Of a DNA stretch of 64,000 nt, positions 27,406 through 38,202 are shown piece by piece. Made by a program: the position numbers and the translations under genes. The notes under the pieces were generated by a model, which made no database searches, was not told where the DNA came from, and saw only the letters and a list, made by a program, of their open reading frames with translations. Within the stretch, counting starts at the first letter, position 1, and each line of letters starts with the position of its first letter. The stretch is from a virus: positions 46,011-110,010 of IMG/VR virus record IMGVR_UViG_3300025098_000019; one strand, 5' to 3'.

Positions 27406-28575
27406 ATGTCAGAACTATTAGAAAGCCGTTGGTCAGACACAAAAACAGCTCTTCTTGAAGGCCTAGAGGGTAACAAGAAGTCTGTAATGGCTGCCACGCT
27501 AGAAAACACACGCAAGTACTTGTCAGAGAGTGCTACAGCAGGTGCAACATCAGCAGGTAACGTAGCTACACTTAACCGTGTAATTTTACCTGTAATTAGA
27601 CGTGTTATGCCAACTGTTATTGCAAACGAGCTCGTTGGTGTACAACCAATGACAGGACCAGTTGGTCAAATTCACACACTACGTGTACGTTACGCTGATG
27701 CGTTTAACGGCGCTGCAGGTGGGTCTACAACAGCTGGCGAAGAAGCATTAAGCCCATTCAAGATTGCTGAAGGTTACTCAGGTAACACAAATGGTAAAGC
27801 AAGTGCAACATCTTCATTAGAAGGTGAAGCAGGCAACCAAATGTCAATTCAGATCTTGAAGCAAACTGTTGAAGCGAAGACACGTAAATTGTCAGCTCGC
27901 TGGACATTTGAAGCAGCTCAAGATTCACAAGCAATGCACGGCATTGATGTTGAAGCTGAAATTATGGCTGCTCTTGCACAAGAAATCACAGCTGAAATTG
28001 ACCAAGAAGTATTAGGTTCTTTGGCTTCATTAGCAGGTACTGCTTCTGAAGATTTCGACCAAGCTGCGGTATCAGGTACTGCTACTTTTGTTGGTGACGA
28101 ACATGCTGCATTAGCTGTTTTGATCAACAGAGTATCAAACCAAATCGCTCAACGCACACGTAGAGGCGCTGGTAACTGGGCAGTTGTGTCACCATACGCA
28201 TTAACTGTACTACAGTCAGCAACTACTTCAGCGTTTGCACGTACAACAGAAGGCGCTTTTGAAGCACCGACTAACACCAAAATGGTTGGTACATTAAACA
28301 ATGCAATGAAAGTATATGTTAACACATACGCTTCAGATGACAGTGATGTATTAATTGGTTACAAAGGTTCAAGCGAATCAGATGCAGCGGCATTCTATTG
28401 CCCATACATCCCGCTAATGAGCTCAGGTGTTGTACTAGATCCATCAACATTCGAACCAACAGTATCATTTATGACACGTTATGGTTATGTTGAGCTAAAC
28501 AACACTGCGTCATCTTTGGGTAACGCAGCTGACTACTTAGGTAAAGTAGCTATCAACAACGTTAGCTTCAAGTAA
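27406..28575 (+). CDS. gp23: Major capsid protein gp23
   Basis: IRRVMPTVIANELVGVQPMTGPVGQIHTLR, VEAKTRKLSARWTFEAAQD, EITAEIDQE, FYCPYIPL, MTRYG. Confidence 0.98.
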   Translation: MSELLESRWSDTKTALLEGLEGNKKSVMAATLENTRKYLSESATAGATSAGNVATLNRVILPVIRRVMPTVIANELVGVQPMTGPVGQIHTLRVRYADAFNGAAGGSTTAGEEALSPFKIAEGYSGNTNGKASATSSLEGEAGNQMSIQILKQTVEAKTRKLSARWTFEAAQDSQAMHGIDVEAEIMAALAQEITAEIDQEVLGSLASLAGTASEDFDQAAVSGTATFVGDEHAALAVLINRVSNQIAQRTRRGAGNWAVVSPYALTVLQSATTSAFARTTEGAFEAPTNTKMVGTLNNAMKVYVNTYASDDSDVLIGYKGSSESDAAAFYCPYIPLMSSGVVLDPSTFEPTVSFMTRYGYVELNNTASSLGNAADYLGKVAINNVSFK

Positions 28576-28596
28576 TTACTTAATAGTAATAGCATT

Positions 28597-28625
28597 AAAA
28601 TAGGACCTTCGGGTCCTATTTTTTT
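28597..28625 (+). terminator. Rho-independent terminator after gp23
   Basis: AAAATAGGACC-TTCG-GGTCCTATTTT followed by a T run. Confidence 0.9.
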
Positions 28626-28718
28626 GACTAAATAAAATTAGTTTAGTCCGCTCGAGAGACTCGCATAGGTTCATGCGTTAAAAGAATCGTATACTATCTG
28701 TTACATAGGAGAAATACG

Positions 28719-28781
28719 ATGACTAAAGAACTAACCTTTATATATCGCGGTGTTAAGTACACTAAAACCGTAAGAGTATAA
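28719..28781 (+). CDS. 20-aa YRG peptide (DUF4278-like): MTKELTFIYRGVKYTKTVRV
   Basis: Not in the ORF track; AGGAGA RBS 6 nt upstream, YRGVKY motif, own terminator downstream. Confidence 0.7.
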   Translation: MTKELTFIYRGVKYTKTVRV

Positions 28782-28788
28782 TTCACGT

Positions 28789-28823
28789 AGGACAAGGATG
28801 TCCTTTTTACTTTTTTCTTTTTT
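28789..28823 (+). terminator. Terminator after the peptide gene
   Basis: AGGACA-AGGA-TGTCCT followed by long T tracts. Confidence 0.7.
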
Positions 28824-28824
28824 G

Positions 28825-28831
28825 ATAAATA
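28825..28831 (+). promoter_or_regulatory. Late promoter ATAAATA
   Basis: ATAAATACTTGTGTTA, identical to the 16-mer at 31446. Confidence 0.7.
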
Positions 28832-28924
28832 CTTGTGTTATAGAGTTCCTCATATGAGGACTTATGCGGATTCCACCGCGTAGACCCTAGAACGGCAAAT
28901 GATTTAAACAAAGGAGATATAATC

Positions 28925-29329
28925 ATGGGAAGACCAATTAATAAAAGATTTTTCGGAGAGCCAACAGCAGATGGCAACGAAATCAAAGTACGTTATCGTG
29001 CTACAGGACAAGCAGAAGCAAACGGTTGGATTGTAAAGCAATTAGGATCTAAAAAGTTCCGTTGCTACGATGGTACTAACACAATGGATTGTTACTTAGT
29101 TGACAAATCACAAGGCACTTTAGCAGTAGGCGATATGACTATTACAGTTAAAGACGATGGCGGAACAGCTCGTCAAGTTACTAAAATTTCAGGTCGTATG
29201 GTAACACTTGACTCAGGTGACAAAATTGCTTGGAACTTCAGTGATGCTGCCGATGACAATGCAGTTGAAATGGAAGAAGCTGGCACAGATGATGCATTCA
29301 CTGGCGCAGATGATTTCGAAGCTGACTAA
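28925..29329 (+). CDS. Virion structural protein (possible head decoration)
   Basis: Strong RBS AAGGAG, own late promoter and terminator, close downstream of gp23. Confidence 0.55.
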   Translation: MGRPINKRFFGEPTADGNEIKVRYRATGQAEANGWIVKQLGSKKFRCYDGTNTMDCYLVDKSQGTLAVGDMTITVKDDGGTARQVTKISGRMVTLDSGDKIAWNFSDAADDNAVEMEEAGTDDAFTGADDFEAD

Positions 29330-29338
29330 GACTAGAAT

Positions 29339-29367
29339 AGTAGGGGAGAAATCCCCTACTTACTTTT
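29339..29367 (+). terminator. Rho-independent terminator
   Basis: AGTAGGGGA-GAAA-TCCCCTACT-TACTTTT. Confidence 0.85.
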
Positions 29368-29379
29368 AAGGAATAATAC

Positions 29380-30489
29380 ATGTCAAAAATAGTAAGAGTA
29401 TCAGACGGTAACTATAAAATTGCAGTAGCAGAGGATCACAGAATTACCTTTGATGTCGGATCAGGCGGCAGAGGTGACGGAAACGGTACTGTGTATATTA
29501 CTGGTGACTTAATGGTTGAAGGTACAAACACTTCATTAGAAACTGTTAATACTGTAATTGAAGACAACATTATTACTTTAAACAGAGGCGAAAGTGGATC
29601 TGGCGTTACTAGAGATAGCGGTACATCGGGCTTACAAATTGATAGAGGTTTAAAAGTTGATGCTTATTGGGTATTCGACGAAGCAATTACATGGTATGAT
29701 CCAACAGGAATTACATATCAAGGAACATTTAAAGCAACTGACAATGATGACAGAATATTAGGACTACAAACACCTAATATTACTACAGACGGTACAGATT
29801 TAAATTTATTAGGCCCTTATTCAACAAGCGGCGGCATAGAAGCTAATCCAGGGTTAATTAAAATTGCTGGTGAAGACGGTGCACCTTATCTAGCTAAGAT
29901 GAACCTTACTAAAGATCCAGGCGATCCGTTGTCAGAAGTTGATGGAAACATTATTCCAAACGTATCTTATGTTAATGATTATGTTTTAACATTCTTTAAC
30001 AATACAGTGCCTAACAGAATTGAATCTGGTATTATTCCAGATGCAATTACTAGCGTAAGAGCTTTTGATAATTCAGAAGATGGCGGAACTAGTAAAGTAG
30101 TGTTAAGTGTTGACGGAAATGCAGTACAAGAAAACTTTGATAATTATGTAGAAATGTATGGATTAATTATCCAAGACACTGACTTAGGTACAGAAATAAA
30201 AACATCAAGTACGTCAGCACAAGATCTAATACTTGGAGCAATGGGTACAGGTAGTGTTGTTGTAGAAGATAATCTACGTATTAGTAGAATCGGACATGAA
30301 GGTGATGACAGATTAGAACCAGCAGCACCAGTTGGTGACGAAGGAACAGTAATATATACAGATCACAGCGGCGCTGGTGCATCAGGAATATATTTTGTTA
30401 ATTCTAAAACTGTAACCACAGGTGGCGACGAACAGAGAGACGAATTGATAAGTAGAAATAGAGCACTAGTTTATAGTATGCTCTTTTAA
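29380..30489 (+). CDS. Virion structural/fibre protein
   Basis: ITGDLMVEGT...IEDNIITLNRG...SGLQIDRG motif common in phage fibre proteins. Confidence 0.6.
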   Translation: MSKIVRVSDGNYKIAVAEDHRITFDVGSGGRGDGNGTVYITGDLMVEGTNTSLETVNTVIEDNIITLNRGESGSGVTRDSGTSGLQIDRGLKVDAYWVFDEAITWYDPTGITYQGTFKATDNDDRILGLQTPNITTDGTDLNLLGPYSTSGGIEANPGLIKIAGEDGAPYLAKMNLTKDPGDPLSEVDGNIIPNVSYVNDYVLTFFNNTVPNRIESGIIPDAITSVRAFDNSEDGGTSKVVLSVDGNAVQENFDNYVEMYGLIIQDTDLGTEIKTSSTSAQDLILGAMGTGSVVVEDNLRISRIGHEGDDRLEPAAPVGDEGTVIYTDHSGAGASGIYFVNSKTVTTGGDEQRDELISRNRALVYSMLF

Positions 30490-30499
30490 GGAAAGATAA

Positions 30500-30889
30500 A
30501 TGGCAATAGTAAATGAAGCAATAATAAGTAACGGCACCGGCGGCGCAACAGACTATAGATACACTATGTTAACTGTACCAGCAGGTGAAGAATGGGCCAT
30601 AACAAATATTATGGTTTGTAATACATATGATCCAGCAGGTGGCGATGCAGCAACAGCAGATTGCGCATTTGACTTACATTTTGTACCAAGTGACGGATCG
30701 TACAGTGATACTATTACATCTGTAGTTAGAAGATTAAATTTACCTGCAGGCGAAACTTTTACGTTTGATACAGAAAAAGTTGTGCTAGAAGGCGGCGACA
30801 GTGTAGTTGTTAATGGCAGTGCAGATACAACTTCTCCAACAGCAGTTGGTAGATTAGCATGTACAGTAAGTTATATTAAGGTATTGTAA
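30500..30889 (+). CDS. Small beta-rich virion protein (paralog of 45859..46191)
   Basis: Shared pattern I..I.VCN...LPAGET...EKVVL..GD...V...VSY. Confidence 0.55.
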   Translation: MAIVNEAIISNGTGGATDYRYTMLTVPAGEEWAITNIMVCNTYDPAGGDAATADCAFDLHFVPSDGSYSDTITSVVRRLNLPAGETFTFDTEKVVLEGGDSVVVNGSADTTSPTAVGRLACTVSYIKVL

Positions 30890-31440
30890 TGAGGTTATTA
30901 AAAGCGCAAAATACAAATCTACGTAACATTTACGGTAAGGGTGTTAAGTATGATATTAATAACAGAGTAATTGTAGATAGCGAAAATGTTATGCTAGTTC
31001 CAAAAGGTACTACAGCAGAACGTCCTGCAGATGCAACTACTGGCGACTTGCGCTACAATACAAGCAACAACGAATTTGAAGCATATCAAGGCAGCAGTGC
31101 AACTTGGAAAAGAATTGCATTTAAAGAACCATCAACAGTGGTCCAGCAACAATTTGGACCAGCTGACGGAGTAGAAACTGTGTTTGGTCCGTTGAACTCG
31201 TCATGGGATAATGACGGTGGCGACTATGAAGATTACACATTGCCAGTGGATGGAAACAATGTTATTGTACTAGTAGAAAATGTTATTCAAATACATGGCG
31301 CAGGAAATAATTATACAATCGTAACAAATCCAGGTGGATTTGCAGCAGGTACTTATCTACAATTTACTTCACCACCCCCATCAGCGGGCACAGGTGGCGC
31401 TGACGTTTATATAACAGTGCTACATAACTTCGATAAGTAA
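30889..31440 (+). CDS. Virion fibre-associated protein
   Basis: PKGTTAERP...GDLRYNT....FEAY module, also present at the C-termini of the giant fibres. Confidence 0.55.
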   Translation: MRLLKAQNTNLRNIYGKGVKYDINNRVIVDSENVMLVPKGTTAERPADATTGDLRYNTSNNEFEAYQGSSATWKRIAFKEPSTVVQQQFGPADGVETVFGPLNSSWDNDGGDYEDYTLPVDGNNVIVLVENVIQIHGAGNNYTIVTNPGGFAAGTYLQFTSPPPSAGTGGADVYITVLHNFDK

Positions 31441-31474
31441 ATTCAATAAATACTTGTGTTAAGGAGACATCTGA

Positions 31475-34400
31475 GTGGCACAAGTAGGTAGAATATCCGG
31501 AGGTTTATTAGATAGCAACCTTCTAAGAGAAGGCGCAACAACCGGAGCAAATCAAAATCTTACATTTAGAAATGTATCATCAGCAAGTGGTGGTGCAGCA
31601 ATACTTCACCTTGACGTTATTAATGATAAATTAGGATTTAATAATGATGCTCCTAGTACTGTTTTACATGTAACAGGCACAACAAAAATATCTAATTCAT
31701 TAACTGTCGATACCAATATCGACATTGCAAATCTAAATATTCAAAATAACACTATAGTACCGCTAGGCGGAACAAATAATATTATACTTAATTCTGCTGG
31801 TGTTATTACATCAACGAATGTGCAAACTGAAGAATTATTTATTGATAATAATTTTATACAGACATCAAATACTAGTGCAAACTTAGAACTAAGACCGAAC
31901 GGCAATGGTAGCGTTGAGGTAATTTCTAATGTAAATGTTAGAGGAAATTTACACTCTGAAGGAAATATTACCGCTGAAGGTAATATTGTATTTGGTGATT
32001 CGAACACCGACACAGTTATACTTAAAGCAGAAGTAAGTAGTAATATTGTTCCTGATCAACACGATACATATGCTCTTGGTAGTACATCAAAACGCTGGAT
32101 AGAATTTGAAGGGATATTATTAAACGGGCAAGAAACTACAGCAGACGTTGCACTTATCGGTGGACTAGAAATAAACTCTCGACAAGGCAAAATATGGTTT
32201 GTTGCTAAAAATGGTAGTAATTATAATGTAGGAGATCATCCGCAAGGCCCATTTGAAACTATTGATTATGCTGTAACACAAGCAACTGCCGGAGATACAA
32301 TTTATGTATATCCAGGAGAATATGAAGAAAGTTGCCCAATTGAAATTCCACAAGGCGTAACTTTACGAGGACACGATCAAAGAAATACTATTGTATATCC
32401 AGCAAGCAGTCAAAGCACTACTGATATATTTTTACTCAACGGTGAAACTGGAGTAAGTGATTTAACTATTAAAGATTACTTTTATGACAATGCAAACGAT
32501 ATAGGATATGCATTTAGATTTGCAGCAGGCGGCAAAGTAACTAGCCGATCACCGTATATACAAAACGTTACGGTTTCAACTAAAGGTAGCACAGTATCCG
32601 CAGCAGATCCTTTAGGATTTATTGCAGGTGATGCTGGGCGTGGCATCCTAGCTGATGGCGCAGTATTAGCAGCAGATACAAGAGAAGCAAGTTTATTATT
32701 TCATGCAATTACATTAATTGTTCCTAATGCAGATGCATTAGTAATGACTAATGGTGTAAGGATAGAATGGTTAAACTCCTTTACTTATTTTGCTAATAGA
32801 GGATTTTACGCAACAAATGGTGCAGGCCGAGTTGATGATAATTTACAAACACACTACGGTGCCGAAGTAAGGTCAATCGGAAGCGCAAACATTTACGGCA
32901 ACTACGGTGCCGAAGTAGATGGCTCAGATACATTAATCTATCTAATTATGCACAACTTTGGTTACATAGGGACAGGTGCTGATAGTTCAAATGACGAAAC
33001 ACTAACAATACAAGCAAATGAAGTTGTAGAAGCAAATAGTGGTAGAATACAATATCAATCACAATCACATAATGGTGATTTTAGAATAGGCGATAACTTC
33101 TTAATTGACTTTCAAAAAGGCAGCCAATCTTTTAATATTAATGATCTTCCTGTAGTTGGTGTTGATACTATTAGTGTTACCACTGGCTCGGACATTACTT
33201 TCTTAGATTTACAATATGTACAAACTGGAAATGTTAGATTAATTGACAATAGTTTAGCAAGCATCAGCGGCGACATGAATATCGCTAGTGCATCAACTTT
33301 AATAAATCTTAACGGTGATGTTACTATTGAAGAAGATCTAGATGTTAGTGGAAACTTAACTATAGCAGGAGCATTAATTGCATTTGGTAATAATCAATCA
33401 ATTGATACAATTAGATTTGAATCAGGTATTGACAGTAATTTATATCCTAAAACAACAGACATTTATGACATTGGCAGCAACACACTACAATGGGACGATG
33501 TTTGGTTAACCCAAGTACTAAATGATGATATTAATATTACTAATAACTTTATTGAGACAACACAAACTAGTAGTGATTTAGAACTTAGAGCAGACCAAAC
33601 TGGAACAATAGTTATTAGTGATAATGCTATATTTGAAAATAATTTAACAGCGTCAAGTTTAACTACATTTAATGGCACGTTAGACGTTTCAAACTTAATT
33701 CTTAACAACGGCTTGTCCGGGTTAGGAAATTTAAATGAAAATCAAAAACTAATAATAACTGGCAATCTTACAACCGGCGCAGCAGCGCAATTTGAAGAAA
33801 TATTAATCGACGGCAACTTTATTACAACTACGTCTACAAGTGAAGATTTAGAACTTCGTGCAAATAGCACTGGAAAGATATTAGTACCTGATAATGATTT
33901 TATAGTTGTAAATGATATTATAGTAACTGAAAACGTACAAGCTGGGGAAATAGAAGCTACAGGATATATCCAGTTTGACGGAGAATATACAACAGGTCAA
34001 TTAAAAATATTTGATGATACTATTACTACAACATCAGGTAATTTAGATCTTGGCGCAACTGGTGATGTTGTAGTTGATTCAAACGGAGTACAAATTGATA
34101 ATAATTTAACAGTTATTGGATTAACTACTGTAAACAATACTGTTGATGTTACCGGCACACTAACGCATATTGGCACTAATAACCAAATCGGTAATAAAAC
34201 TATTACAGGAAATCTTTATGTAAGCAATAAAAATACATTTGACCGTAGATTTGAAATTGAAGATATAGTAATTGACGGAAATGTTATTACTACATCTGCA
34301 ACTAGTTCAGATTTAGAATTACGTGCAAACAGCGCAGGAGTTATACGATTTAATAACACATTAGAAGCACTAGGAACTGGTGTTAATGTACAAGATGTTA

Positions 34401-37400
34401 CTGCAAATACATTATTGTCACAAACAACAATTACAACACCAACAATAAGTAATGGCACAATTGTTGTTTCAGGTAATCAAATATCTACAAGCAATACTGA
34501 TTTAGTTTTTAGTGTATTAGATCCAAACAAGGCAGTAACCGCTGACATCAATGCTGTTAGAGCATTATCAAGTATTGAAGTAACATCAGGACCAACTCAA
34601 TTCACGACTGCTACTGATATAGTAGGTACATTAATACATACTGGATCACTATCACAGTTTGGTAGTAGTAGTCGCACAGGTGATCATGATATAGTAGGTA
34701 ATTTAACTATTAGTTCAGCAACAACGATAGACGATATTAAGTTCGCATCGGGTAACATTTTTACAACCGATACTGATTTAATACTTTCTGCACAAGGTAC
34801 CGGACAGGTATTAATACCAACTAATGATGCACTAATTGCAGGAACTTTTGACAATCAAGGCATATCGATTGTTAATTCTGCTATTGTTTCAAATTTAACA
34901 ACAGCAGAACAATTTATATCAGGAAGAACTACCATTTCTGATAATACTATATTCACTGATTTTGCTTTAGATTTAGCAGCAACCAGTGGAAAAAAAGTAG
35001 TATTTGATTCTAACGCAATATTTGAAAATGATTTAAATGTTATTGGCTTAACAACTCTTAATGCAGTTGATATTACTGGCACACTACTCCATAATGATGA
35101 CAGAATACAAACAGGGCTGTATTCACTTATAGGTGATTTGACAGTAAGCGGCAATTTTGTTGTTCCTAATATAGAATTTGATAATATATTAATTGACGGA
35201 AATAGAATTACAACAACATCTGGAGACTTAGAGTTAGAAGCAGCAGGCTCCGGCAAGGTTGTCTTTAACAAACCCGTAATAATAGATGCAGATGTTACAG
35301 CTAAATCTACAATACAAGGATCGCAAGCAACAGTAGATGTATTTCCTGGAGGCACAATTAATGTAGACGCATTAGCTACTCCTGTTAGTTTAACCGAAGC
35401 AACTGTTTTAATTAATAATAAAATTACAACATCTGTTGGAACTAATGTGTCATTAAGTATTGAAGATTTTGACACTATAATAATAGATGCAGATGCTACA
35501 GAAATTTCACTTAACCTCGATGTTGACGGAACAACTACATTATTAGATACAGAAGTTGGTAGTACATTAACATATATAGGAGACCTAACTCAAACAGGTA
35601 ATGTTGATATAACTGGTAATGTTAGTTTTAATGGAACCTTAACAGTTGCTAGCCAAGTACAATTTGAAAATATTTTTATAGACGATAATATTATTACAAC
35701 TACTGAAACAAGTAGTGACTTAGAATTACGTGCTAATGGAACAGCAAAAGTTGTAGTATCTAGTAGTAATTTGTCTATAGACAATGATCTTACAGTAGAC
35801 GGATTAACAACAACTGACGGTATTACTAACGGAATAAACATTAGTTCGAATGCATTTGAAACTAACACCGGATTAGAAATTAGAAGTAACGGTATTATTC
35901 ATACCACGCCTGATTTAAATATAGAATTAGCTGCTGGTTTAAATGCAGATGTAATATTTGATTCTGATACAAGTGCTAATGAAGATTTTACAATGTTTAG
36001 TGGCTCATCGCAGTTACTTAATACTAGAATAGGAACAGTAGTAACAACTAACACTATTCTAACTCATACTGGTGATAGAGAACAAACAGGACTCTTTTCT
36101 ATGCCAAACTTCCTTGGCAACGAGGTAATGAGTGTAACTGGCACAATTGATGTTACAGGTTCTGGAAGATTAGGCAATATTAGAATTGAAGGTAATACTA
36201 TACGTCAAACTGCTGTTGCAAACGGAGATCTAGAATTACGTGCAAACGGCACTGGCAACATTTTAGTACCCGAAAATAATGTTCGAATTACAAATAATTT
36301 AACTGTATCACAACTAACCTCGTCAACTATACAGAATATTAGTCAGGTTAATGTAGACACATTAGAAACTAATTCTCTTAGGATTTATGATAATAACATT
36401 GATGCATACGGTACTGACAAAGACATTATTTTAGAAACTAATGGCTCGGGTAATGTTGTAATTGATACAAATAATGCAGTATTTGGTCAAACATTAACAG
36501 CAACTAACTATATATTAGGCGGCGTAAATATTGGTAGTGTTGCAACACCGGCCCAACTTACTCAAACCGGCGACAGAATTGATAATGGAACTATTATACT
36601 TTTATCATGTGATTTTGATATTACAGGAAGTTTAACAGGAAGTTTAGGACAAGCTAGACTAGATGACATAACAATTTCTACTATAGGAACTGCTGAAGGA
36701 ATATCATCAACTAGCGACCTTATACTTAGAGCTACAAATAATGTTGTATTTGACGGCGACCTGGCATTTAGTCATAATAATATTAATGCTCAAAACATAA
36801 CTTCGCAAACTATTATTAATAGTGGTACAATTACTGCAAATGCATTTGAAACTGCCGATATTACTGTTACACAAGATACTATTGGAATTAGTACTGTTGG
36901 ATCAGGCTTATACTTCATGCCATCAACAGGCAATATAGTAAGTGTTCCAAGTAATGATGTGTTTATCAATGAAGATTTAGATATTGCTGGTACCACTACA
37001 ACTGTACAAGATCTTGAGGTAAACGATGGTACATTAGACCCAAAACAAATTACTCATGTAGGTGATAGAACAGTAGAAGATACATTTGATGTCTCAGGCG
37101 ACTTAATAGTTACAGGAGATATTATTGCAACTGAAGTACAGTTTGAAGAAATTAATGTTAATGATAACACAATAACAACTACGTCATCCAGCGCCTATTT
37201 AGAGTTACAAGCAGCAGGAACTGGAGAAGTACAGTTTAGTGCTAACGCAAAGATAGAAGAAAATTTATATCTAAACGGTGTAAGTGACATAGGACAGTTA
37301 ACAGCACAGTATATACAATCTGACAAGTTTGAAACTGATAACATAGAAATATACGACAATAGAATACAGTCTGTTAATACTGATAGTAATTTAGAATTAC

Positions 37401-38179
37401 GTACAAATGCTCCAACTATCTCTGCGAACATAGAAATAGACGACCTTAGATTTTCAGGTCAATCATATCCACCCGTAATGGACTCTATTACTTCTGAATT
37501 CAAGTTTAGCCTTGGCTCCGGCAGTCTTGATATATCTAACTTTGATAATGCCGAAATGCCATACGGTACAACAGCACAAAAAACATTAAGCACATCTGGA
37601 GAAATTAGGTTTAATACTGACCTTGGTGTGTTTGAAGGATTTACATCAGCACCAATTGCATTTTCAGGCATTTACTCAGCAGATAGACAAACAAATGTAA
37701 CTGCTGACTCTGCATCAAACGAATTAAGATTAAATGCACAAGGAAATAGAGTAGCTACATTTAGAACTGGTAACGTGTCACTTGCTGGAATAATACTTCC
37801 TAATATTGATATTAATGACTCTACAATATTAGGTACTGTAACAGATCAAGATATTACATTTAGCAACGGAAGCGGCGTAGTTAATATTGAAGAATTAACT
37901 TTTGAAAATTCTAAAATATTCAACAATACTAATAGTGCATTAACATTTTCAAACACCGGCGGCTTTACAGTACTATCTGCAGACGGATTGCAACTTCCAT
38001 CAGGCCCATCAGCTAATAGAACAAGTATAGAAGTAGGCGACACTCGATGGAATACAGATACTGGAATTTTAGAAACATATGACGGAAATTCTTACATAGC
38101 ATCAGCAGGATTATCTAATAATATTACCCCTGCAGAGTTTGACGATCTATTGTTTGAATACACGTTAATCTTTGGCTAA
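31475..38179 (+). CDS. Giant repetitive fibre protein (2234 aa) with a beta-helix (pectin lyase-like) domain
   Basis: WFVAKNG...GDTIYVYPGEY...SPYIQN beta-helix; many ~110-aa repeats containing I.IDGN.ITT...DLELRANG.G; late promoter at 31446. Confidence 0.75.
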   Translation: MAQVGRISGGLLDSNLLREGATTGANQNLTFRNVSSASGGAAILHLDVINDKLGFNNDAPSTVLHVTGTTKISNSLTVDTNIDIANLNIQNNTIVPLGGTNNIILNSAGVITSTNVQTEELFIDNNFIQTSNTSANLELRPNGNGSVEVISNVNVRGNLHSEGNITAEGNIVFGDSNTDTVILKAEVSSNIVPDQHDTYALGSTSKRWIEFEGILLNGQETTADVALIGGLEINSRQGKIWFVAKNGSNYNVGDHPQGPFETIDYAVTQATAGDTIYVYPGEYEESCPIEIPQGVTLRGHDQRNTIVYPASSQSTTDIFLLNGETGVSDLTIKDYFYDNANDIGYAFRFAAGGKVTSRSPYIQNVTVSTKGSTVSAADPLGFIAGDAGRGILADGAVLAADTREASLLFHAITLIVPNADALVMTNGVRIEWLNSFTYFANRGFYATNGAGRVDDNLQTHYGAEVRSIGSANIYGNYGAEVDGSDTLIYLIMHNFGYIGTGADSSNDETLTIQANEVVEANSGRIQYQSQSHNGDFRIGDNFLIDFQKGSQSFNINDLPVVGVDTISVTTGSDITFLDLQYVQTGNVRLIDNSLASISGDMNIASASTLINLNGDVTIEEDLDVSGNLTIAGALIAFGNNQSIDTIRFESGIDSNLYPKTTDIYDIGSNTLQWDDVWLTQVLNDDINITNNFIETTQTSSDLELRADQTGTIVISDNAIFENNLTASSLTTFNGTLDVSNLILNNGLSGLGNLNENQKLIITGNLTTGAAAQFEEILIDGNFITTTSTSEDLELRANSTGKILVPDNDFIVVNDIIVTENVQAGEIEATGYIQFDGEYTTGQLKIFDDTITTTSGNLDLGATGDVVVDSNGVQIDNNLTVIGLTTVNNTVDVTGTLTHIGTNNQIGNKTITGNLYVSNKNTFDRRFEIEDIVIDGNVITTSATSSDLELRANSAGVIRFNNTLEALGTGVNVQDVTANTLLSQTTITTPTISNGTIVVSGNQISTSNTDLVFSVLDPNKAVTADINAVRALSSIEVTSGPTQFTTATDIVGTLIHTGSLSQFGSSSRTGDHDIVGNLTISSATTIDDIKFASGNIFTTDTDLILSAQGTGQVLIPTNDALIAGTFDNQGISIVNSAIVSNLTTAEQFISGRTTISDNTIFTDFALDLAATSGKKVVFDSNAIFENDLNVIGLTTLNAVDITGTLLHNDDRIQTGLYSLIGDLTVSGNFVVPNIEFDNILIDGNRITTTSGDLELEAAGSGKVVFNKPVIIDADVTAKSTIQGSQATVDVFPGGTINVDALATPVSLTEATVLINNKITTSVGTNVSLSIEDFDTIIIDADATEISLNLDVDGTTTLLDTEVGSTLTYIGDLTQTGNVDITGNVSFNGTLTVASQVQFENIFIDDNIITTTETSSDLELRANGTAKVVVSSSNLSIDNDLTVDGLTTTDGITNGINISSNAFETNTGLEIRSNGIIHTTPDLNIELAAGLNADVIFDSDTSANEDFTMFSGSSQLLNTRIGTVVTTNTILTHTGDREQTGLFSMPNFLGNEVMSVTGTIDVTGSGRLGNIRIEGNTIRQTAVANGDLELRANGTGNILVPENNVRITNNLTVSQLTSSTIQNISQVNVDTLETNSLRIYDNNIDAYGTDKDIILETNGSGNVVIDTNNAVFGQTLTATNYILGGVNIGSVATPAQLTQTGDRIDNGTIILLSCDFDITGSLTGSLGQARLDDITISTIGTAEGISSTSDLILRATNNVVFDGDLAFSHNNINAQNITSQTIINSGTITANAFETADITVTQDTIGISTVGSGLYFMPSTGNIVSVPSNDVFINEDLDIAGTTTTVQDLEVNDGTLDPKQITHVGDRTVEDTFDVSGDLIVTGDIIATEVQFEEINVNDNTITTTSSSAYLELQAAGTGEVQFSANAKIEENLYLNGVSDIGQLTAQYIQSDKFETDNIEIYDNRIQSVNTDSNLELRTNAPTISANIEIDDLRFSGQSYPPVMDSITSEFKFSLGSGSLDISNFDNAEMPYGTTAQKTLSTSGEIRFNTDLGVFEGFTSAPIAFSGIYSADRQTNVTADSASNELRLNAQGNRVATFRTGNVSLAGIILPNIDINDSTILGTVTDQDITFSNGSGVVNIEELTFENSKIFNNTNSALTFSNTGGFTVLSADGLQLPSGPSANRTSIEVGDTRWNTDTGILETYDGNSYIASAGLSNNITPAEFDDLLFEYTLIFG

Positions 38180-38202
38180 TAGCCCACTTTTCCGTAAAAC
38201 AC

